From NCBI GenBank assembly GCA_031269245.1, contig JAISZL010000062.1, positions 5,016 to 69,015 of the forward strand: a DNA stretch of 64,000 nt. Direction: 5' to 3'. The position numbers and the translations under genes are program-made. Origin of the DNA: Synergistaceae bacterium (GTDB taxonomy: Bacteria > Synergistota > Synergistia > Synergistales > Synergistaceae). The notes below the pieces were generated by a model, which did not search any database, was not told the origin of the DNA, and saw only the letters and a program-made list of their open reading frames with translations. Below, one piece after another: positions 26,653 to 39,690 of the stretch. Every line of letters begins with the position of its first letter. Within the stretch, counting starts at the first letter, position 1.

Positions 26653-29600
26653 ATGTCGGCGACAGCCCCTTCGGAGAAAGCGCAGGAACGGATAATATTT
26701 GGCACGGAAAAGGATTTGTTGCCTCTTCCCGATTTGGTCGAAGTTCAAAAGAACTCTCACGACTGGTTCTTCCAAAAAGACACGGACCCGATGATGCGGG
26801 CAAAACAAGGGCTTCAGGAGCTTTTCGGAGAAATTTTCCCCATAACGAGCTATGACGGTTCGTTCGCTCTGGAGTTCGTCAGCTATAAGGTGGAGCCTGA
26901 AGCCATCAGCTTGGACGAGGCCCGCAGCAGGGATCTTACGTGGTCGAGGCCGATACGGGCCACAATACGCCTTCGCAACCTCAAGAGCGGCGAGATCAAG
27001 GAGGAGGAGATCTACCTAGGGGATTTCCCCATAATGACGTCGCGGGGGACGTTCATCATCAACGGCACGGAGCGCGTGGTGGTAAATCAGCTGGCGCGCT
27101 CAGCTGGCGTCTATTTCAGCGCGGACCGTACTCCAGGCCAGGAAGTGTACTCGGCCAAGGTGATACCAGACCGGGGGGCGTGGATGGAGTTCGATCTCCC
27201 CAAGGGCGAGCCGCCCATGAAGATAGAGCCTATATCCGTCAAGGTAGACAGCAGGAAGAAAATTCCGGTCACGATGCTACTCAAGGCGTTCGGGGTTAAT
27301 TCTGACGACGAGGTACTGAAGCTCTTTGACGCGAAGGAGAAGGAGGTTGACTTGTCAGAGGAGGACGTGAAGGGCATGCTCCTAGCCGAGAACATCGTCG
27401 CCTCCGACGGGACCGTTCTCATAAAGAAGAACGAGCGCATCTCGAAGGAACACCTCGAGACCCTGTGGAACCAAGGGCGGACCAGGCTTTGGGTATGGGA
27501 CGTCGACCCCGTTATCGCGGCGACAATCGAAAAGGACGGTGTTTCGAACAGCGACGACGCCATTATGGAGCTGTTCCGCCGTCTCAGGCCGAACGAACCC
27601 GCCCGCATGGAGAACGCTCGCGAGTACGTGCACAGCATCTTCACCGACACCAGACGTTACAGCCTGGGGCGGGTTGGGCGCTACAAGGTCAACAGGCGCC
27701 TCGGCGTGGACATGCCGCCGGATGAAAGGCTTCTCACGAGCAGCGACATAGTAGCTATTTCGCTTGAGTTGCTTCGCCTGAAGAACGATGAAACTTACGA
27801 GGGCGAGGACGATATCGACCATCTCGGCAACCGCCGTGTCCGCGCGGTTGGGGAGCTGCTCCAGAATCAAGTGCGCATTGGCTTGCTGCGGATGGAGCGC
27901 ATAGCGAAGGAGCGGATGACCACCATTCCGGACCTCGCCACCTCAATGGCAAAGGATCTCATAAACGTAAGACCGGTGTCCGCTGTGTTGCGGGAGTTCT
28001 TCGGCTCCGGTCAGCTCTCCCAGTTCATGGATCAGACCAACCCTCTGGCGGAGCTGACTCACAGGCGCAGGTTGTCCGCGCTCGGGCCGGGCGGCCTTTC
28101 CAGGGAGCGCGCTGGTTTCGAGGCTCGAGACGTCCACTACACACACTATGGAAGGGTGTGCCCTATAGAGACGCCTGAGGGACCCAATATAGGGCTGGTC
28201 ACCTCTCTTGCCACCTATGCAAGGATAAACGAATACGGTTTTCTGGTTCGCCCCGTCAGGAAGGTGGAGAAGGGCATGGTTACCAACGAGGTCATTTACC
28301 TGTCGGCGGACGAGGAGGACGCGTACAACGTTGGCAGGGCGGACACTCCGCTCAGTCCCGAAGGAGAACTGGTCGGGCACGCTATATACGTCAGGCACAG
28401 GAACGATATCAAGGAAGTCCTTCCAGACGAGGTTCAGTATCTGGACATTTCGCCGAAGCAGATAGTCTCGGTCTCTACGGCGCTGATTCCGTTCCTGGAG
28501 CACGACGACGCCAACAGGGCGCTGATGGGCTCCAATATGCAGCGCCAAGCCGTTCCTCTGGTTCAGGCCGAGGCGCCGCTCGTCGGCACGGGCGTCGAGC
28601 ACCGCATCGCCAAGGATTCCGGATCGTGCGTCGTGGCCGTGCGATCGGGTTGCGTGTCGTATCTCGACTCCGACCTCATTAAAGTCGTCACTGACGACAA
28701 TCATCTGGACACGTACAGCCTGACGAAATTCCGCAGATCCAACCAGGGGACGATCATACATCAGAGGCCTATCGTAAACAACGGGGACAGGGTCGCTGAG
28801 GGACAGATCATAGCCGACGGGCAGTCATGCGACGGCGGCGAGCTGGCACTAGGCAGGAACGTTTTGGTTGCCTTCGTCTCGTGGGAGGGCTATAACTTCG
28901 AGGATGCCATCCTGCTCAGCCAGCGTCTCGTGAAGGAGGATTTCTACACCTCCATACATATAGAGGAGTATGAGGTTGAGGCGAGGGAGACGAAACTTGG
29001 GCCTGAGGAGATAACGAGGGACATCCCCAACGTCGGGGAGGATGCGCTGAAGAACCTCGACGAGGACGGCATCATACGTGTGGGGGCTGAGGCCAACGCT
29101 GGCGACATACTGGTTGGCAAGGTGACTCCCAAGGGGGAGTCTGACCAGACGCCGGAGGAAAAGTTGCTGCGCGCCATATTCGGCGAAAAGGCCCGCGAGG
29201 TCAGGGACACAAGCCTGCGGGTTCCTCACGGCGAGGGCGGCAAGGTAGTCACGGTCAAGCGCCTGACCCGCGCCGAGAACAGCGAGGACATGAGCGCCGG
29301 AGTGAACGAGGTCATCAAGGTCTATGTGGCGCAGTTTCGCAAGATAATCGAGGGCGACAAGATGGCGGGACGCCACGGCAACAAGGGAGTCGTGTCGCGC
29401 ATTCTGCCGGAGGAGGATATGCCTTATCTCTCGGACGGCACGCCCGTCGACGTCGTGCTGAACCCCCTGGGGGTCCCGTCCAGAATGAACTTGGGGCAGG
29501 TTCTGGAGACGATAACGGGCTTTGCCGCGCACCACAACGGCTGGAAGGTCTCCACGCCGGTGTTCATGGCTGCTCACGAGGACGAGATACTGTCGCACCT

Positions 29601-30327
29601 TGACGATGTGAGAAGGGACAAATACCCGGAGCTGACCCCGGACTGCAAGATAACGCTCTGCGACGGCAGGACCGGCCTTCCGATGGACGGCAAGGTCACG
29701 GTCGGCATAATGTACATGCTCAAGCTGATACATCTCGTGGACGACAAGATACACGCGCGCTCGATCGGCCCGTACAGCCTCATAACGCAGCAGCCTCTCG
29801 GCGGAAAGACTCAGTTCGGAGGCCAGCGCTTTGGGGAGATGGAGGTCTGGGCGCTGGAGGGCTACGGAGCGGCTCACATGCTCCAGGAGATGCTCACCGT
29901 CAAGTCCGACGACATACACGGCAGGCTCAGGACTTACGAGAGGATCGTGAAGGGCCAGAATCTCATAAAGCCCGGCGTGCCGGAGAGCTTCCGCGTCCTT
30001 ATCAAGGAGCTTCACGGGTTGGGGCTGGATGTCGAGATCAAGTACAGCGACGGGTCTTTCGGCGAGCTGATAATGGGCGACGAGGACGTGTCGGGGCGCC
30101 GCATCGCCTCGCTCCGTCCAGACGCGTCCGTCGACCGCGAGAGCGACTCGGACGACGGCTTGTTCGACTCCAAGGATCAGCCTGACATCTTCGGGATGTC
30201 GCCTGAGCACAGCGGGCTGGACCTGACGGTGATAGACCCCGAGATGCAGGAGAAGTCCGACGAGCTGTTCTCGTCGGAAAGCGATTTGTTTGAAAAAAAC
30301 GAGCTCGACGAGGAGGGTGACGGGTAA
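26653..30327 (+). CDS. rpoB: DNA-directed RNA polymerase subunit beta
   Basis: Full-length collinear RpoB motifs ([33 protein letters not shown]). ATG 26653 preferred over 26608 (AGGGAGG upstream). Confidence 0.95.
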   Translation: MSATAPSEKAQERIIFGTEKDLLPLPDLVEVQKNSHDWFFQKDTDPMMRAKQGLQELFGEIFPITSYDGSFALEFVSYKVEPEAISLDEARSRDLTWSRPIRATIRLRNLKSGEIKEEEIYLGDFPIMTSRGTFIINGTERVVVNQLARSAGVYFSADRTPGQEVYSAKVIPDRGAWMEFDLPKGEPPMKIEPISVKVDSRKKIPVTMLLKAFGVNSDDEVLKLFDAKEKEVDLSEEDVKGMLLAENIVASDGTVLIKKNERISKEHLETLWNQGRTRLWVWDVDPVIAATIEKDGVSNSDDAIMELFRRLRPNEPARMENAREYVHSIFTDTRRYSLGRVGRYKVNRRLGVDMPPDERLLTSSDIVAISLELLRLKNDETYEGEDDIDHLGNRRVRAVGELLQNQVRIGLLRMERIAKERMTTIPDLATSMAKDLINVRPVSAVLREFFGSGQLSQFMDQTNPLAELTHRRRLSALGPGGLSRERAGFEARDVHYTHYGRVCPIETPEGPNIGLVTSLATYARINEYGFLVRPVRKVEKGMVTNEVIYLSADEEDAYNVGRADTPLSPEGELVGHAIYVRHRNDIKEVLPDEVQYLDISPKQIVSVSTALIPFLEHDDANRALMGSNMQRQAVPLVQAEAPLVGTGVEHRIAKDSGSCVVAVRSGCVSYLDSDLIKVVTDDNHLDTYSLTKFRRSNQGTIIHQRPIVNNGDRVAEGQIIADGQSCDGGELALGRNVLVAFVSWEGYNFEDAILLSQRLVKEDFYTSIHIEEYEVEARETKLGPEEITRDIPNVGEDALKNLDEDGIIRVGAEANAGDILVGKVTPKGESDQTPEEKLLRAIFGEKAREVRDTSLRVPHGEGGKVVTVKRLTRAENSEDMSAGVNEVIKVYVAQFRKIIEGDKMAGRHGNKGVVSRILPEEDMPYLSDGTPVDVVLNPLGVPSRMNLGQVLETITGFAAHHNGWKVSTPVFMAAHEDEILSHLDDVRRDKYPELTPDCKITLCDGRTGLPMDGKVTVGIMYMLKLIHLVDDKIHARSIGPYSLITQQPLGGKTQFGGQRFGEMEVWALEGYGAAHMLQEMLTVKSDDIHGRLRTYERIVKGQNLIKPGVPESFRVLIKELHGLGLDVEIKYSDGSFGELIMGDEDVSGRRIASLRPDASVDRESDSDDGLFDSKDQPDIFGMSPEHSGLDLTVIDPEMQEKSDELFSSESDLFEKNELDEEGDG

Positions 30328-33300
30328 TGGCTGAAAATCGCCATATCTCAGGCGTGCGTATGAAGCTCTCCTCTCCAGAGAGAGTTAGGGAACTCTCCAG
30401 CGGGGAGGTGAAGAAACCGGAAACCATAAATTACAGGACACTCCGCCCGGAGAAGGACGGTTTGTTCTGCGAGCGCATATTTGGCCCCACGCGCAGCTTC
30501 GAGTGCGCCTGTGGGAAGTACAAGCGCAGCGGACCTAAGTTCAGGGGCGTCGTCTGCGACAGGTGCGGTGTGGAGGTCACGGACAACAGGGTCAGGCGCG
30601 AGCGCATGGGACATATAGAGCTGGCCGCCCCGGTCGTGCACATATGGTATTTGAGGGGCATCCCGAGCCGGCTCAGCCTTCTGCTAGGGACGTCGACCAA
30701 GGACCTTGAGAAGGTCGTCTACTTCGCCCCTACGCGCAAGAGGGAGCAGAAGTACAAAGTTGTGGCTGACGGCAAACGCTTGGATTTGGTCAGGAGGGGT
30801 GACCTCGTGACCTCCGGGGAGGAGCGCATACACAGGCACTACGACCCCAAATTCAAGGCCGAGGAGGCGTATCGGATAACAAAGGTCGAGGATATACCGG
30901 TTGACGCGGGCGACATCATAAGCGCCTCTCAGGCCAAGCGCATCAAGGATGACTTCGGCGAAGGGCTGTTTCAGGTCGAGAGGGCCTTCCGGGTGGTGCA
31001 TGAGAGTGCGGGCGACACGGGGGAGGTATTCCCCGAGTCCCAGTTGGAGAGGATGAGGGAGCTGATGCCCGCCGCTGGGTTCACGCCCGTCACCGCGCAG
31101 AATCAGGAGGCGTATTTCGTTACGTCGGTCATCCATCTTCCGTTCGGCAAAGGAGACGTCGTCTCCGAGAGCGAGTATAGGCTCTATCACCAGAAGTACC
31201 CCGGCAGGTTCACCGTGCAGCCCGAGACGGAAACCGTGGAGGATCCGTGCTCGATAGTGATAGATGGGGGCGACTCCCCCTTCGAGCGCGCCGATATCAT
31301 CCTCGAAAGGGAGGAGAAGCTCTGCTCCTCTTACGACAAAGGGTTTTCCGGGGGCATAGGCGCCGAGGGCGTGTTCTCCCTGCTTCAGAAGGTGGACCTC
31401 TCCGATCTCGTAAGCACCCTTAGAGAGGAGATAGCGGAGAGCTCCGGTCAGAAGAAGCGCAAGCTCGTCAAGCGCCTCCAGATAGCCGAAGATTTCCGCA
31501 AAAGCTCCAGCAGGCCCGAGTGGATGATCCTGTCGGTGCTCCCGGTGATCCCGCCCGATCTGCGCCCTATGGTGCAGCTAGACGGCGGCAGGTTTGCCAC
31601 GAGTGACCTCAACGACCTCTATCGCAGGGTCATAAACCGGAACAACAGGCTCAAGAAACTGCAGGAGCTGAGAGCTCCTGACATCATCATCCGCAACGAG
31701 AAGCGGATGTTGCAGGAGTCGGTGGACGCCCTTATAGACAACGGAAGGCGGGGCAAGGCGGTGCTCGGCGCTGGCAACAGGCCGCTGAAGAGCCTCACGG
31801 ACCTTCTTCGCGGAAAGAAGGGCCGGTTCCGCCAGAACCTGCTCGGCAAGCGCGTTGACTACTCCGGCCGCTCCGTCATAGTGATTGGCCCAACACTTAA
31901 GATATACCAGTGCGGGCTTCCGAAGCAGATGGCGCTTGAGCTGTTCAAGCCGTTCGTGATGAATAAGCTGGTGGAGAACGGGATGGCCCCCAACGTGAAG
32001 AGCGCCCGCCGCTTCATAGAGAGGGGGCGCGATGAGGTTTGGGCTATACTGGAGGGCATCATCAAGGACCATCCCGTCATGCTGAACCGCGCTCCTACTC
32101 TCCACAGGCTTGGAATACAGGCGTTCGAACCGGTGTTGATAGAGGGAAAGGCTATAAGGCTTCACCCGCTCGTTTGCACGGCTTTCAACGCGGACTTCGA
32201 CGGGGACCAGATGGCGGTGCACGTGCCCCTCTCGATAGAGGCGCAGACCGAGGCACGGATATTGATGCTGTCGTCCAACAACCTGCTCTCGCCGGCCAGC
32301 GGCAAGTCGGTAGTGACGCCGACGCAGGATATGCTGTTGGGCATTTATTATCTCACCAGCATGTGGGATGGCAGGAAGGGCGAAGGGTCGTATTTCAGGG
32401 ATCCCGATGATGTGGACTCGGCTTTGGACCACGATCTGGTGCATATAAACTCGAAGATCAAGATCAAGGCGCTGCCCGAGTGGAACATACCGGAGGGCGA
32501 GGTTGACGAAAGGGGCTACTTCGAGACGTCTCCCGGCAGGGTCATATTCAACAGATCCCTGCCAGACAAGCTGCGCTACATAAACCGCTCCATAACGAAG
32601 AAGGATTTGAGCGCGCTCTTGGACGACACATACGATCGTATCGGGCAGCATGCCATGGTGGACATGCTGGACTCGATCAAGGTCCTTGGGTATAAGTGGT
32701 CGACCAGGAGCGGGATCAGTCTGGGCATCGGGGATATCACGGTCCCCGTCGAAAAGAAAGAGATAGTTGATTACTCATTGGAAAAGGAGGAGGACCTCTC
32801 CGAGCAGCACGAGATGGGTCTTCTCGACGACGAGGAGTACATGAGGGAGAAGGACTTCATCTGGTCCGAGGCCGGCAGAAGGATAGCCGACAGCATAATG
32901 GACCACATGGAGAGGTCGAACCCGCTTCGGATGATGGTCGACTCAGGCGCCCGGGGCACGCGTGGGCAGGTCGCGCAGATGGCCGGCATACGCGGTCTTA
33001 TGGCCGATCCATCTGGGCGCATCATAGACTATCCGATCGTCGCCAACTTCCGCGAGGGGCTGAACATGCTCGAATATTTCATCTCCACTCACGGAGCGAG
33101 GAAGGGCCTCGCGGACACCGCTCTACGCACGGCCAAGTCGGGGTATCTCACGCGAAGGCTGGTGGACGTGGCGCAGGACCTCATCATCACGGAGGACGAC
33201 TGCCAGACTGACCAGGGCGTGGAGGTGCGACCGCTCATGGCGGAGAGCAAGGTGATAATATCGCTCGCGGAACGCCTCGACGGACGGATTTTGCTGAATG

Positions 33301-35339
33301 ACCTGCATGACCCTGAGACAGGGGGCCTTCTTCTGAGCAGGGGTGACGAAATTTCGGCTAAGATGGCGTCCCGTATAGAGGAACTGGGCATCAAGTCCGT
33401 GTGGGTGAGGAGTCCGCTCACGTGCGGTCTCAGGCATGGAGTCTGCCGCACTTGCTATGGAAGGGACCTCGCGACCAGAAAGAGGATCGCGGTCGGCGAG
33501 GCAGTGGGAGTCGTCGCGGCTCAGTCGATAGGAGAACCGGGCACCCAGCTCACCATGCGGACGTTTCACACCGGGGGTGTTCGCCAGTTCACCGGCGAGG
33601 ACATCACTCAGGGCTTGCCGAGGATAGAGCAGTTGTTCGAGGTGCGCCGTCCGAAGAAGGTCGCGATGCTGGCCGACCGCGATGGCGTGATAATAGAGAT
33701 CCGAGAGACAGAGGGGAAGCGCAAGATAATAGTTGAGACGGACGGCAAGGACGGAGCCGAGGAGAGGGTAGCCTGGAACGTGCCCGCGGCTCAGAGCCTG
33801 AAATCCGACATTCTCGTCGGGTCGCGGGTGAATGCTGGTCAGGAGCTGACCGAGGGCTACAAAGATCCTCAGCAGCTTCTCGAGGTTGAGGGACTCGAGG
33901 AGGTTCAGCGCTACCTCCTGGATGGCATTCAGGAGGTCTACAGGACTCAGGGTGTCTCCATAAACGACAAGCATATCGAGACCATACTCCGCAAGGTCGC
34001 CCCTGTGAACCGAGTCCGCGTGGCGGAGGAGGGTGACAGCGCCTTCGTCGCGGGAGAGCTGGTCTGGCGGGAGGATTTCAACGACGAGGTGGAGGCGATA
34101 AAGCGCGACAACGACCTCTACTCCGCGGAGGCGCTGGAATTCCTGACTGGCTACACCCTTATAGACGTGATTGGCAGCGGGGTGGGTGACATAGCCAACA
34201 AGTACAGGGGCGTCGATCTGACTGAGGGCATGGTCATGGATATCCTGACGCCGGGGCGCGCCATATCGGAGATAGTGCTTCAGGATCAGGGCGAGTCCCT
34301 GAGAGTCGTCGTCGGAGAGGCGGCGTTCAGGCATATGCTGGAGTCGCTGCTCCTCATAGAGGATTTCGTTGAGAATGGAGAGGTCCTGGCAGCGGCGGGC
34401 AAAACCCTCACCGCGGCCAGCTTGCTTTCGATGGTTAAGCTCAAACCTAGACCGGTGCTAGTCTGCGACACCGAGGCCCTTGCGTCGATGGAGGAGAACA
34501 GGTATCTGGCGGAGGACATCGTCCTGGACGGGGAGGTCATCGCCCGCCGCGACAGCATCCTCACTAAGGGGATCCTTGAAGTAATGCGCGACGGGTTCGT
34601 AAAATCAGTCAAGGTGTGGAAGTCGACGGAGCTGATAAATATACAGGATTCGATGCACCACATACTCATAGACCATTATTTCTGCAAGCCGCTCACACAA
34701 GCCATAGGGCGAGACGGCAACGCGCTCGAGAACGTACCGGTCATGGTGGACGGCGGAGTGGTCAGAGGACTGGTTGAGGGCTCGATAGTCGCGGTGGACC
34801 TAGAGGGCTCCATTCTGACTCATGACAAGCTGATCCAGCAGGTTTTGAGGGAAAAGGCGTCGGGCAAGATCCTCTTGGAAAATGTGGCGGACGCCGATGG
34901 GCGCATCGTCGCGGACGCCGGTTGCGAGATAAATCAGGATATCATATCGCGCATAGTCGACGCTCATCCCGCTCACGTGGTAGTGAGGGTTCAGTCCGCG
35001 CCAACGGAGGTGAAGCGCATCATCCAGCGCGTCTCATTCATCCACAGGCTGAGAGAGGTTCCCGAGAGCCGCCCCGTAGTGCATGGAGTGACCAAGGCCG
35101 CGCTCGCCACGGACAGCTTCCTCTCCGCGGCGTCGTTCCAGCAGACCGCCCAAATTTTGTCCGCGGCGGCAGTCAGGGGAGAGGTGGACGAGCTGCAGGG
35201 GTTGAAGGAGAACGTCATCATCGGCCTTCTCATCCCGGCTGGCACTGGAATCGAACGATACGCCAAGGTCAGCGTGGCCGAGAAACCGATGGAGTTCGAG
35301 GAGGAGCCGGCCGAGCAACACATTGCAAATCCTGAATAG
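30327..35339 (+). CDS. rpoC: DNA-directed RNA polymerase subunit beta' (1670 aa, with lineage-specific insertions)
   Basis: Zn-ribbon CxCGKY...[17 protein letters not shown] active site, [14 protein letters not shown] overlaps the rpoB TAA by 1 nt. Confidence 0.95.
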   Translation: MAENRHISGVRMKLSSPERVRELSSGEVKKPETINYRTLRPEKDGLFCERIFGPTRSFECACGKYKRSGPKFRGVVCDRCGVEVTDNRVRRERMGHIELAAPVVHIWYLRGIPSRLSLLLGTSTKDLEKVVYFAPTRKREQKYKVVADGKRLDLVRRGDLVTSGEERIHRHYDPKFKAEEAYRITKVEDIPVDAGDIISASQAKRIKDDFGEGLFQVERAFRVVHESAGDTGEVFPESQLERMRELMPAAGFTPVTAQNQEAYFVTSVIHLPFGKGDVVSESEYRLYHQKYPGRFTVQPETETVEDPCSIVIDGGDSPFERADIILEREEKLCSSYDKGFSGGIGAEGVFSLLQKVDLSDLVSTLREEIAESSGQKKRKLVKRLQIAEDFRKSSSRPEWMILSVLPVIPPDLRPMVQLDGGRFATSDLNDLYRRVINRNNRLKKLQELRAPDIIIRNEKRMLQESVDALIDNGRRGKAVLGAGNRPLKSLTDLLRGKKGRFRQNLLGKRVDYSGRSVIVIGPTLKIYQCGLPKQMALELFKPFVMNKLVENGMAPNVKSARRFIERGRDEVWAILEGIIKDHPVMLNRAPTLHRLGIQAFEPVLIEGKAIRLHPLVCTAFNADFDGDQMAVHVPLSIEAQTEARILMLSSNNLLSPASGKSVVTPTQDMLLGIYYLTSMWDGRKGEGSYFRDPDDVDSALDHDLVHINSKIKIKALPEWNIPEGEVDERGYFETSPGRVIFNRSLPDKLRYINRSITKKDLSALLDDTYDRIGQHAMVDMLDSIKVLGYKWSTRSGISLGIGDITVPVEKKEIVDYSLEKEEDLSEQHEMGLLDDEEYMREKDFIWSEAGRRIADSIMDHMERSNPLRMMVDSGARGTRGQVAQMAGIRGLMADPSGRIIDYPIVANFREGLNMLEYFISTHGARKGLADTALRTAKSGYLTRRLVDVAQDLIITEDDCQTDQGVEVRPLMAESKVIISLAERLDGRILLNDLHDPETGGLLLSRGDEISAKMASRIEELGIKSVWVRSPLTCGLRHGVCRTCYGRDLATRKRIAVGEAVGVVAAQSIGEPGTQLTMRTFHTGGVRQFTGEDITQGLPRIEQLFEVRRPKKVAMLADRDGVIIEIRETEGKRKIIVETDGKDGAEERVAWNVPAAQSLKSDILVGSRVNAGQELTEGYKDPQQLLEVEGLEEVQRYLLDGIQEVYRTQGVSINDKHIETILRKVAPVNRVRVAEEGDSAFVAGELVWREDFNDEVEAIKRDNDLYSAEALEFLTGYTLIDVIGSGVGDIANKYRGVDLTEGMVMDILTPGRAISEIVLQDQGESLRVVVGEAAFRHMLESLLLIEDFVENGEVLAAAGKTLTAASLLSMVKLKPRPVLVCDTEALASMEENRYLAEDIVLDGEVIARRDSILTKGILEVMRDGFVKSVKVWKSTELINIQDSMHHILIDHYFCKPLTQAIGRDGNALENVPVMVDGGVVRGLVEGSIVAVDLEGSILTHDKLIQQVLREKASGKILLENVADADGRIVADAGCEINQDIISRIVDAHPAHVVVRVQSAPTEVKRIIQRVSFIHRLREVPESRPVVHGVTKAALATDSFLSAASFQQTAQILSAAAVRGEVDELQGLKENVIIGLLIPAGTGIERYAKVSVAEKPMEFEEEPAEQHIANPE

Positions 35340-35365
35340 CGTCTGAAAAAAGAAGCGAAAGAACA

Positions 35366-35400
35366 GCGGGGAGCTCAATGAGCTCTCCGCTTCGAGTTTA
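35366..35400 (+). terminator. Candidate rpoC terminator
   Basis: GCGGGGAGCT-CAATG-AGCTCTCCGC hairpin, then a T-rich tail. Confidence 0.5.
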
Positions 35401-35503
35401 TCCAATTCCCTAAATAATATTCCCCAAATCCGGGTGCCATTTGCAAACGCGGCGCATATATTCTATTATATATATCCATTATCGAAAGTGGGTGGGGCGT
35501 TCG

Positions 35504-37072
35504 GTGAAAGCAAATTTGAATCGCGGCGGCGGCAAGGACCGCAACGCTAGGAAAGACTCCGGGGTATCAGGGGCCGCTCCGGGAGGCGCTGTTGGCAACG
35601 CGGCTCTGTCGGCAGCGTCGTTTCTCTGCGGGGCCTGCGTGATGGTCTTGGAGATGGCCGGCTCCAGGGTGGTAGCGCCGTACATGGGCACCTCCCTCAT
35701 AGTCTGGACGTCCCTTATCGGCATCATAATGTCCAGCCTCGCGCTGGGTTATTGGCTTGGCGGCGCGCTGGCGGACAGATGGCCCAGCCCCAGGACGCTG
35801 GCCCGCGTAATAGGCGGGGCGTCGGCCTCCACGGCCGTCGTCGCCCTGGCGGCGAACCCGTTGCTGGGGGCGCTCGCCGCCAATGTGCGCAACGTCTACG
35901 TCGCTTCGGTAATAGCGGCGCTTTTGCTGTTCGCGCTGCCGAGCTTCCTTTTGGGGATGGTGTCGCCGTTCATCGTGCGCCTCGCGATGCGCAGCCTCGG
36001 CTCCGCGGGGGCGACTGTGGGCAGGTACTCCGCCCTGTCGTCAGCGGGCAGCATACTCGGAACGTTTCTAGGGGGGTTCGTGCTCATCTCCTTCCTGGAG
36101 ACGCCGACCATACTATGGGCGGTAGCCGCGGCGCTCGCTTTGACCGCGCTCCTCGTCTATCAGCGAGGCGCAGCGCTGTTGGTGCCGGCGGCAGTCGTCT
36201 GCGCGGCGCTTGGAATTTTGAGCGAGGCAGGTGTCATGCCTATGAAAACCGAGGGTATAACCATCAACACGCGGTACAACAGCATAAGGATCATGGAGCG
36301 CACGGCCCTCGCCCTAAATCGCAGGGTCAGGATACTCCAGACCGACCCTATGGGCGCGCAGTCCCTGATGTACGTCGACGATCCGAACGAGCTCTACAGC
36401 GACTATACGAAATTCTACGACCTGGCCTTCCACTACAAGCCGGACGCCGAAACCGTCCTTATGCTGGGCGGCGGCGGATACTGCGTCCCCAAACACCTGG
36501 GGGAGACGAGGCCGGGCGTGAAGGTTGACGTGGTGGAGCTCGACCCCGGCATAACGGCGGCTGCGCGCGAATATTTCAACCTCGTCGACAGGCCGAGCAT
36601 GAGGATATTCCACGAGGACGCCCGCCAATTCCTGAACAGGGAGTCGGCGGCCGGCGAGTTGAAGTACGACGCGATATTCGGGGATGTCTTCGGGTCGTCG
36701 TACAACATCCCGTTCCACCTCACCACCGCTGAGTGCATGAGGAACGTCAGGCGGCTGCTCTCCGATGACGGTGTTTTCGTGGTCAATATAATATCCACCA
36801 TCGACGGGAAGCTCTTCAATGGGATATATTCGAGCATCGCCGCATCTTTCCCGACAGTGATGATATTCCCGGCGACCTATCCCAACAGCGTCTCGACCAG
36901 GCAAAACATCATGATAGTCGCCCTCGCGGCCGACACTCCCCCGCAGAGGGAGGCCGACAGCGAATACATCTCCTCGCTGCTGGGACACAAGTGGAGGGCA
37001 CCATTCGAACCCAACTCTCCGGCCTTTACCGACGCCTTCGCGCCGGTGGAGAGGTACTCGCTGGTCATCTAG
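35504..37072 (+). CDS. Membrane-anchored spermidine-synthase-like (polyamine aminopropyltransferase family) protein
   Basis: About 200-aa polytopic N-terminal domain fused to a SAM-MTase-like fold: VLMLGGGGYCVPKH, VDVVELDPGI, DAIFGDVF. Start uncertain (ORF opens at 35441). Confidence 0.65.
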   Translation: MKANLNRGGGKDRNARKDSGVSGAAPGGAVGNAALSAASFLCGACVMVLEMAGSRVVAPYMGTSLIVWTSLIGIIMSSLALGYWLGGALADRWPSPRTLARVIGGASASTAVVALAANPLLGALAANVRNVYVASVIAALLLFALPSFLLGMVSPFIVRLAMRSLGSAGATVGRYSALSSAGSILGTFLGGFVLISFLETPTILWAVAAALALTALLVYQRGAALLVPAAVVCAALGILSEAGVMPMKTEGITINTRYNSIRIMERTALALNRRVRILQTDPMGAQSLMYVDDPNELYSDYTKFYDLAFHYKPDAETVLMLGGGGYCVPKHLGETRPGVKVDVVELDPGITAAAREYFNLVDRPSMRIFHEDARQFLNRESAAGELKYDAIFGDVFGSSYNIPFHLTTAECMRNVRRLLSDDGVFVVNIISTIDGKLFNGIYSSIAASFPTVMIFPATYPNSVSTRQNIMIVALAADTPPQREADSEYISSLLGHKWRAPFEPNSPAFTDAFAPVERYSLVI

Positions 37073-37223
37073 CCTGCCTGTGGATTTGCCCCTGTATTCC
37101 CCATGAACGGAATGAAGAAATTTTTCCTGTACCGCACGATAATATCCGCCCTCGTTCTGATAGCGTTCGTCGTGCAGGCGGTGACGACGGTGCGCGGCAT
37201 CATCGAGGCGGCGGGGCGTGCTG

Positions 37224-37280
37224 ATACCAATTCGTGGTCAACAGGATGTTTTTGATAATGCTGATTTGATTTCAAAATGG
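37224..37280 (+). repeat. Copy C of the ATACCAATT-type repeat (internal-deletion derivative)
   Basis: ATACCAATTCGTGGTCAACAGGATGTTTTTGATAATGCTGA joined directly to TTTGATTTCAAAATGG. Both ends match copy B. Confidence 0.75.
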
Positions 37281-37379
37281 GTGACGGGGAACACCCCTGA
37301 CTACGTCGGATTTTAAGCGGCCGGGCCGTGCGGCCGCGGTTTTTGGTGCACGGGTCCCGAAATAAATCAGCGTTTTCTT

Positions 37380-38564
37380 TTAAGCCGCTTTGTTCGAAAC
37401 GTCCGCTGCGCCCTCCTTGCTCTTGATGAACGCCTCCTCCAGCAACGCGGAGAATATTCCGTACTCTATCCTGGACGCGCCGTTGTAGAAGAACATCCCG
37501 TACCGTACCTTCGGGTTGACCGCGTCGCGTATTTCCTCGTCGAAGACGTCCTGGGGCAGCGTGATGAGTCGGCTGAGCAACGTCTTCGCGCCAACCTGCG
37601 GCGTCTCCGGGAGCAGTATCTGCACGCGTCCGTCGCCTGTCAGAAAGCCGCAGTCGGTCGTTCGGAGCGTCGACTGAACTTTCATGTTGAACGCGTTGCG
37701 TAGCATCTCGCTCTGCTGCTGCGAGAGGTTGGTGTCGGTGCTGGGCTCGAACGTCAGGGAGATGAGCAGGCCGGAGAGCTGGCGCTTGTACCTCTGCGCG
37801 CGGCTGACCTCCTCCGGGCCCCTTATCTTCCGATATTCGTCGGTGTAGAGGTTGGTGGCCGGGTCGTATATCGCCAAGGCCGACAGCGGATTTTGTTCGG
37901 CGTGCGCGTCTATGCGGATCTTAGGCGCCTTTTGCGACAGCGCGAAGTAAAATCGCGCGCCCTCCTTCGCCTGACGAATGATCCAAGTCCCGGACTCGAA
38001 CACCGCCTCATCCACGTCCATCGGCAGCACCTCGTCTATGGACACCCCATACAGCTCTTCCCGATCCATTCCGACTGCTTCGGCGAACGCGGCGGTGGCG
38101 CCGGCTATCACCCCTCTGCTGTCCGCGTAGCACATGGGTAGCGAGAGCTTTTCGGACAGCGCGTCGATTTTCGTCTGCGCGGAGCCGGAGGTGTCGTCCG
38201 GCGAATCCAGGGCCCGCTGGGCGCGGAAGTCAGACGAAGCGCTCTGAGTGGCGTAGAGGAAAATCGCCGCGAGGCCGATCAAGAAGAGGATCAGCCCGGT
38301 GACGGACATGAACCCGACTCCGAACCGCAGGGACAGCACGGTGAGGAGCAACCCCTGCGCGAACATCGATATGCCGAAATTGTATCTGCCGTCGTCCCTC
38401 ATCATGAAGAAGAGCGATATCGCGCACATGCACACGTATGCGGAGATCGTCATGCCCCAGACCGCCGAGGGGACGAACATCGCGGATTCCCTTCTGCGAA
38501 GAAGCGCGGTCAGCAACAGGAGGAGGAAGGAAAAAACGGGGGGAAAATAAAGCCATCTCATCAA
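37380..38564 (-). CDS. Membrane protein with PAS-like and degenerate GGDEF-like domains
   Basis: Four N-terminal TM segments. PAS-like SLPMCYADSRGVIAGATAAFAEAVGMDREELYG. DPATNLYTD ... TGDGRVQILLPET replaces DPLTGLxNR ... GGDEF. Confidence 0.55.
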   Translation of the reverse strand: MMRWLYFPPVFSFLLLLLTALLRRRESAMFVPSAVWGMTISAYVCMCAISLFFMMRDDGRYNFGISMFAQGLLLTVLSLRFGVGFMSVTGLILFLIGLAAIFLYATQSASSDFRAQRALDSPDDTSGSAQTKIDALSEKLSLPMCYADSRGVIAGATAAFAEAVGMDREELYGVSIDEVLPMDVDEAVFESGTWIIRQAKEGARFYFALSQKAPKIRIDAHAEQNPLSALAIYDPATNLYTDEYRKIRGPEEVSRAQRYKRQLSGLLISLTFEPSTDTNLSQQQSEMLRNAFNMKVQSTLRTTDCGFLTGDGRVQILLPETPQVGAKTLLSRLITLPQDVFDEEIRDAVNPKVRYGMFFYNGASRIEYGIFSALLEEAFIKSKEGAADVSNKAA

Positions 38565-39300
38565 CTTTTACACCAGCCCCTTATGTCCACTTGTCGGCTG
38601 TGGAGCGTCGTCAGATAAGTCTGCAACCGACCTCGGTCATTATACATGATATACGCGAAAAACCTCCCTTGTCCGCTGGATGAATATGGATCATGGATAT
38701 GGATCTGTTACTGTTAAATAATAGCTTGCTATAAACCCAAAAAATCAAAATGCCCATTCGGTTTAGGATGGCGATCAAAAGAGCTTCAACCCGTGCATAA
38801 ACAACGCCCGCAATCCGTTTCGCCTTCGAATTGATCTGATTCGAATATATTTTTCCCCAACCCCTTGACACGGTAGTTATATTAAGCTAACACCATATTG
38901 GTGGCTGTGACGCACGATTTGAAGCGCGGGTAAATCTTTCTTTAGTGAGATATGCGATATCATGCCCGAGCTGGTGAGCAGTAAAAGTTACGGTCCACTA
39001 ATTATATTTATCTCATGCCTGGCGGCGTTCGCCGCCCCGTCCGCGGCTTTGGCGGCGGGTTCCGGCACGTGGAAGGATCTTGCTGTTGTCCTCACCTCCA
39101 CGGACCTGAGCGCCAAAATCAGGACCGCAAATTAGTGTTTTCAAGTAAGAATGGCGATGCGCAAATAACCCCCAGTTGCTTGCTTCACTCGCTCGAATGC
39201 TCCGGAGTTTCCGGGGCATTTATTATATGTACATGCGGCAACCCGTCCGCGAATCTCTGTCCGATCTCGCGGGGACAAAATCGTCCCCAAAACACGTCTC

Positions 39301-39326
39301 ATACCAATTTGAAATCAAAGGCCTAA
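39301..39326 (-). repeat. Copy E: 25-nt right-end fragment of the ATACCAATT-type repeat, reverse orientation
   Basis: ATACCAATTTGAAATCAAAGGCCTA is the reverse complement of 60481-60505. Confidence 0.8.
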
Positions 39327-39690
39327 TCGACGTCTGTCTCCGGCACTTCGACGACCACTGCGGGAACCTGAGGATCGCTCGTGTCTATTATAGGTCTCTC
39401 TACGCCAGTGCCGGGGGGTGGCGGCGTAGTTCCATCGCCGTCAGTGCCTGGGGCTGTGTACGCCGGGATAGCTATATCGTATACGCTCACGTTGCCCAAC
39501 GCGTCCTTTACGGCGATATAGACGACATACGCGCCAGGGGGCCGGTTTCAAGAAGCGCCAGCGCCGTTCCGTCCTCGAATTCCGCCGCTGTTTGCGAGAC
39601 GAAAGTATTAGTTAGGTTCTCAGCTCCGGCTGAGCCGTAGAAACGCTTCTCTCCAGAGCTATTGAGGTAATAAAATATTGGAAATGTTCT
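39323..39690 (-). pseudogene. Frameshifted 3' fragment of an unknown, probably surface-exposed protein gene
   Basis: Two minus-strand frames join at the G5 run 39537-39541. Reading is ...AAEFEDGTALALLETGP / PGAYVVYIAVKDALGNVSVYDIAIPAYTAPGTDGDGTTPPPPGTGVERPIIDTSDPQVPAVVVEVPETDVD*. No start codon. Confidence 0.4.

Noticed and set aside
28849-30210. 453-aa minus-strand ORF inside rpoB
   Set aside because: Shadow ORF antisense to rpoB, with no recognisable domain.
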